Shown: in pieces, positions 60,999-64,000 of the stretch
Layout: every line of letters starts with the position of its first letter
How positions within the stretch are numbered: the first letter of the stretch is position 1
From: Longimicrobiales bacterium
Lineage (GTDB): Bacteria; Gemmatimonadota; Gemmatimonadetes; Longimicrobiales; Gaopeijiaceae
Direction: 5' to 3'
Length of the DNA: 64,000 bases
Assembly: GCA_965197725.1 (NCBI GenBank)
Contig: CBDANQ010000059.1
Span: 64,001 to 128,000, forward strand
The notes under the pieces: generated by a model
Seen by the model: the letters and a program-made list of their open reading frames with translations, nothing else
Database searches by the model: none
Told to the model about the DNA's origin: nothing
Position numbers and translations under genes: made by a program

Positions 60999-61109
60999 TT
61001 GACAGGCAATCAATGCCTCGGCTAGCTTCGAACTGTGGTATTGAGGCGGCCAGCGCGTCGTTCTCAAAGTTCGGGGTGCGGGCTGATCTCCCGCCCCCCG
61101 CTTTTTTTT
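60999..61109 (+). ncRNA. Candidate small RNA or attenuated leader (promoter plus intrinsic terminator)
   Basis: TTGACA-18 bp-TAGCTT, then CGGGGTGCGGG/CCCGCCCCCCG stem with T8 at 61072-61109. Confidence 0.45.
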
Positions 61110-61270
61110 GCCCATGGCTCATCGCCTTCCCTCACCGCACCTCACATCGATCTCGGCAGACGACCCCAGATCGTGTCGAAATCAGCGAGGAAAAGGCCGG
61201 CCAATTTGGGGTTCTCCCTGACGAGAATGCGCTGCTCGGAATGTCGGGCGGTCGCATCCACGGACATGTT

Positions 61271-62541
61271 TGACCTGCCCCCAAGAGCGGGTACCACATC
61301 CTATGTTAGTCCCAGCACCTGTGGAGGGCCGTGAAGGACGGGCATCCTCAAGAACCAGGGCGACGGCTTAATCGCCTCAGGGGCCGGGGGAAAGCCGCCG
61401 CAGGCGCTGTGGGGTCGGACGGTATTGTACTCGCGCCTCCATTGCTCGACCAGCACGGCCGCCTCCGCCAACGAGTAGAAGATCTCCCCGTTCAACAGCT
61501 CGTCCCTGAGCTTGCCGTTGAAGCTCTCGTTGTAGCCGTTCTCCCACGGGCTGCCCGGCTCGATAAAGAGCGTCTCGACGCCCACGCGCCCCAACCACCG
61601 CCGCACGAGCTTCGCGCTGAACTCCGCTCCGTTGTCCGACCTCAGATACTCGGGAGGCCCGTGTCGGACGAACAGATCGGCCAGCACCTCGAGCACGTCG
61701 TGCGAGCGGATCTTGCGAGCCACCACGATCGCCAGGCACTCCCTCGTGTGCTCGTCCAGCACTGTCAGCAGCTTCAGCGCACGCCCGTCGTGCGTCCTCG
61801 AGGCCACGAAGTCGTACGACCAGACGTGGCCCCGATACAGCGGCCTCAGCCGGATGCACGATCCGTCGTTGAGCCACAGCCGACCTCGCTTCGGCTGCCG
61901 CTGCGGGACCTTCAGCCCCTCCTGCCTCCAGATCCGCTCCACCCGCTTGTGGTGCACCCCCCAGCCCTCGATGCGGAGCATGTCCGTGACGCGTCGGTAG
62001 CCGTAGCGGCCGAATCGACTCGCGAGTCGCACGATATCACCTCGGAGCGCCCCCTCGTCACTCGCCACTTTCCTCGCCCGGCGCTGGGTCGTGCGTGGCT
62101 GCCCGAGCACCCGGCACGCTCTCCTCTCCGACGCCCCGAGCTGCTGACGTACACGCACCACACAACGTCGTCGGCGCTCGGGGCTCAGAAGTTTCCCTCG
62201 GCTGCTTCCTCCAGGATCAGCTTGTCCAGTGTCAAGTCCGCCACTGCTCGCTTCAGGCGCCCGTTCTCGCGCTCGAGCTCCTTCAGGCGCCGTGCCTGGC
62301 TCACCTTCATCCCGCCGTACTCCCGCCTCCACCGGTAGTACGTCTGCTCGGTGATGCCGAGCTCCCGGCTGATCAGCTTCACGGATTTGCCGCGGGCCAG
62401 ACCGACCTCTGCCTCCCGCAGTGCAGTGATGATCTGCTCCGGAGTGGGTCGCTTCCTTCCCATCCTGACCTCCTCGCTGAAAAGCTTCAGACCAGCTCGA
62501 TCCTAACATTGCACCTGGTCTCGTTTCAGCGGGTCAGGTCA
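61271..62541 (-). mobile_element. IS3-family insertion sequence, copy 2 (orfA 62185-62463; orfB frame intact to 61301)
   Basis: Near-identical inverted copy of 51585-52856 with the same ends. Confidence 0.95.
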
Positions 62542-63068
62542 TCGGCGGTCCTCCCACTCACGTCGCTGCGCAGGACGTTTCACCACTCCTCGTTGGTGAG
62601 CGAGTACGTGCCCGCACTCTCGAAGGTGCCACGCACGATGGCCTCGTGCGCACGATTGACGCGACCGAGTTGGGGCTCCAGATCGGCCAGGACGGGGGCG
62701 AACTGCTTCTTCTCCCGCTCACGTCACTCGAAACGCTCGAAGTGCACGGACGGACAAGTGCAGTGTGGAAGGGTGCCCGCATCGGAGCCTTGGTCGGCGG
62801 AGGTCTGGGAGCGATAGTCGCGGGGGTAATCATCGGTGAGGGTTGTGAAATCTCAACCAATTTCAGCACGGGTCAGCTCAGTTTTCCACATGACGAATCG
62901 TGCGAGGGCGAGGAGGTGGTCGTCCTTGTCGTCGGAGCCGCGATAGTGGCCCTCGCCTTTGGGGTCGTCGGTGCGGTCGTCGGGGCTCCGTTCAGGACCG
63001 ACAAGTGGGAAGAGCTGCCCCTGTCACCCCGACCGGACGTGCGGCTGAGGCGAAGCGGGCGACTTTGA
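62542..63068 (+). pseudogene. Secreted/membrane hypothetical protein, 5' end removed at the IS3 junction
   Basis: Frame is open from the IS end (..GGPPTHVAAQDVSPLLVGERVR..) with a Gly-rich hydrophobic hairpin; no native start. Confidence 0.6.
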
Positions 63069-63115
63069 ATGGTCCGTATCGCTCGCTGTTGGGCACTAGC
63101 ACCGGGGATCTCGAA

Positions 63116-63495
63116 GTGAATAAGCCTGCCACACTACACCGCTACCGCCCGATGGTCCTCCTGATGCTGGTACTGCATCTCGCTGGATGTCACTCATGGC
63201 GCACCACGACGATCAGTCCAGCACAGCTCATTGCTGACGAGCAGCCGTCCACTGTGCGGGTCACGCTGACGGACGGCACGCAGGTGCGCCTGGATGGTCC
63301 GACTATCCGCAACGACTCCATCGTCGGAACAGCAGCGGTCCGTTCACCGGTGGTGATCTCTGATGTCAGCACCCTCGAAGTCCGGCACTTCAGTGTAGGG
63401 AAAACAATTGGGGCGTCTTTTGGGGGTTGGTGGGCATTGCCGTTGCCGCTGCCGCGATCTGCCTCACATATGACGATTGCGGGCCCCAAAATTGA
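63116..63495 (+). CDS. Small lipoprotein-like protein (probable 1-bp deletion near 63410-63426)
   Basis: Lipobox LAGC; VRVTLTDG; the shifted frame gives a hydrophobic tail LVGIAVAAAAICLTYDDCGPQN*. Confidence 0.55.
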
Positions 63496-63543
63496 AGGCT
63501 CAGATCCCCTGGCTTCGCGTCTTCGTTGAAGGCGTGGTGATCG
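63489..63543 (+). repeat. Dispersed gene-junction repeat, second copy
   Basis: AAATTGAAGGCTCAGATCCCCTGGCTTCGCGTCTTCGTTGAAGGCGTGGTGATCG. Confidence 0.85.
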
Positions 63544-63980
63544 GCCAGCCTCCCACGCGTACCCGGCCTCTTCTGCCTGAGGAACATCGCGTCCGCTCTA
63601 GGTAGCGCGTGTAAGCTGCACTTTTGTCCGGCCCTGTGGTGTGGGAGCGAGCCGGAGACCTTCCCAAGCGCCGCAGGCGCGCCAGCCCTCACGTGGAGGG
63701 GGACATATGGGACCCGTGGGGCGTGCATTGATACCGATCCCGCCCCGGTTTCGCTTGACTGCCCCCCGAGCTTGCGGATGAGTACCGGAAAGAGGAAGAA
63801 GCGGTAGCCTGCCGGGCCTGACACCACATCGGCCCGCCCTCGCGGAGATTGCCTCCGCACGCTCGCACCACTAAAGGACTGTTAATTAGGACGGCTTCCA
63901 TTCGAGAGTCGGCCCTACCGGCGTGTGCCTTCGAGCCCGCCGCGCTCGCCTCCCCCGGTCTTCTACCCCACCCACTTTGA

Positions 63981-64000
63981 AGGAGGAAGACCTATGAGTA
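63981..64000 (+). CDS. Start of a gene running off the window (ATG 63994)
   Basis: AGGAGG RBS followed by ATG AGT. Confidence 0.5.

Noticed and set aside
51585..62541. A proven composite transposon
   Set aside because: Outer flanks (..TCTT and TCGG..) show no target duplication, so transposition as a unit is unsupported.

Overview
GC-rich bacterial chromosome window, probably Gemmatimonadota (inferred from gene content and protein style; not verified). The core (11.3-50.3 kb) is a near-complete translation/transcription superoperon: tRNA-Tyr/Gly/Thr, tuf, rpmG, secE, nusG, rplKAJL, rpoBC, rpsLG, fusA, a second tuf, the S10, spc and alpha operons, and rpmB. The standout feature is a tightly translationally coupled six-gene cassette between rpoC and rpsL (about 25.1-29.2 kb). 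It encodes a GT2 glycosyltransferase, an HPr-kinase-like P-loop kinase, a nucleotidyltransferase, a PqqD/RRE peptide chaperone, a PRMT-like methyltransferase and an 89-aa peptide. The peptide has a Tat-like/YxxPxV leader and a 30-residue core made only of Met and Gly. The cassette looks like an RRE-dependent peptide-modification (RiPP-like) system with no lasso cyclase, protease or radical SAM enzyme in the window. The left flank holds the 5' end of gltB, an NHL-repeat protein, a CstA/CC-proteins/ArsA-like operon, a frameshifted Wzi-like gene and an IS transposase fused in frame to a sulfatase half. The right flank is a rearranged accessory region. It carries two inverted IS3 copies, an internally deleted IS, an IS256, an Nramp-like transporter, an alpha/beta-hydrolase-cupin fusion, a candidate sRNA and a dispersed gene-junction repeat. 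Several single-base indels in homopolymers suggest sequencing or assembly errors.
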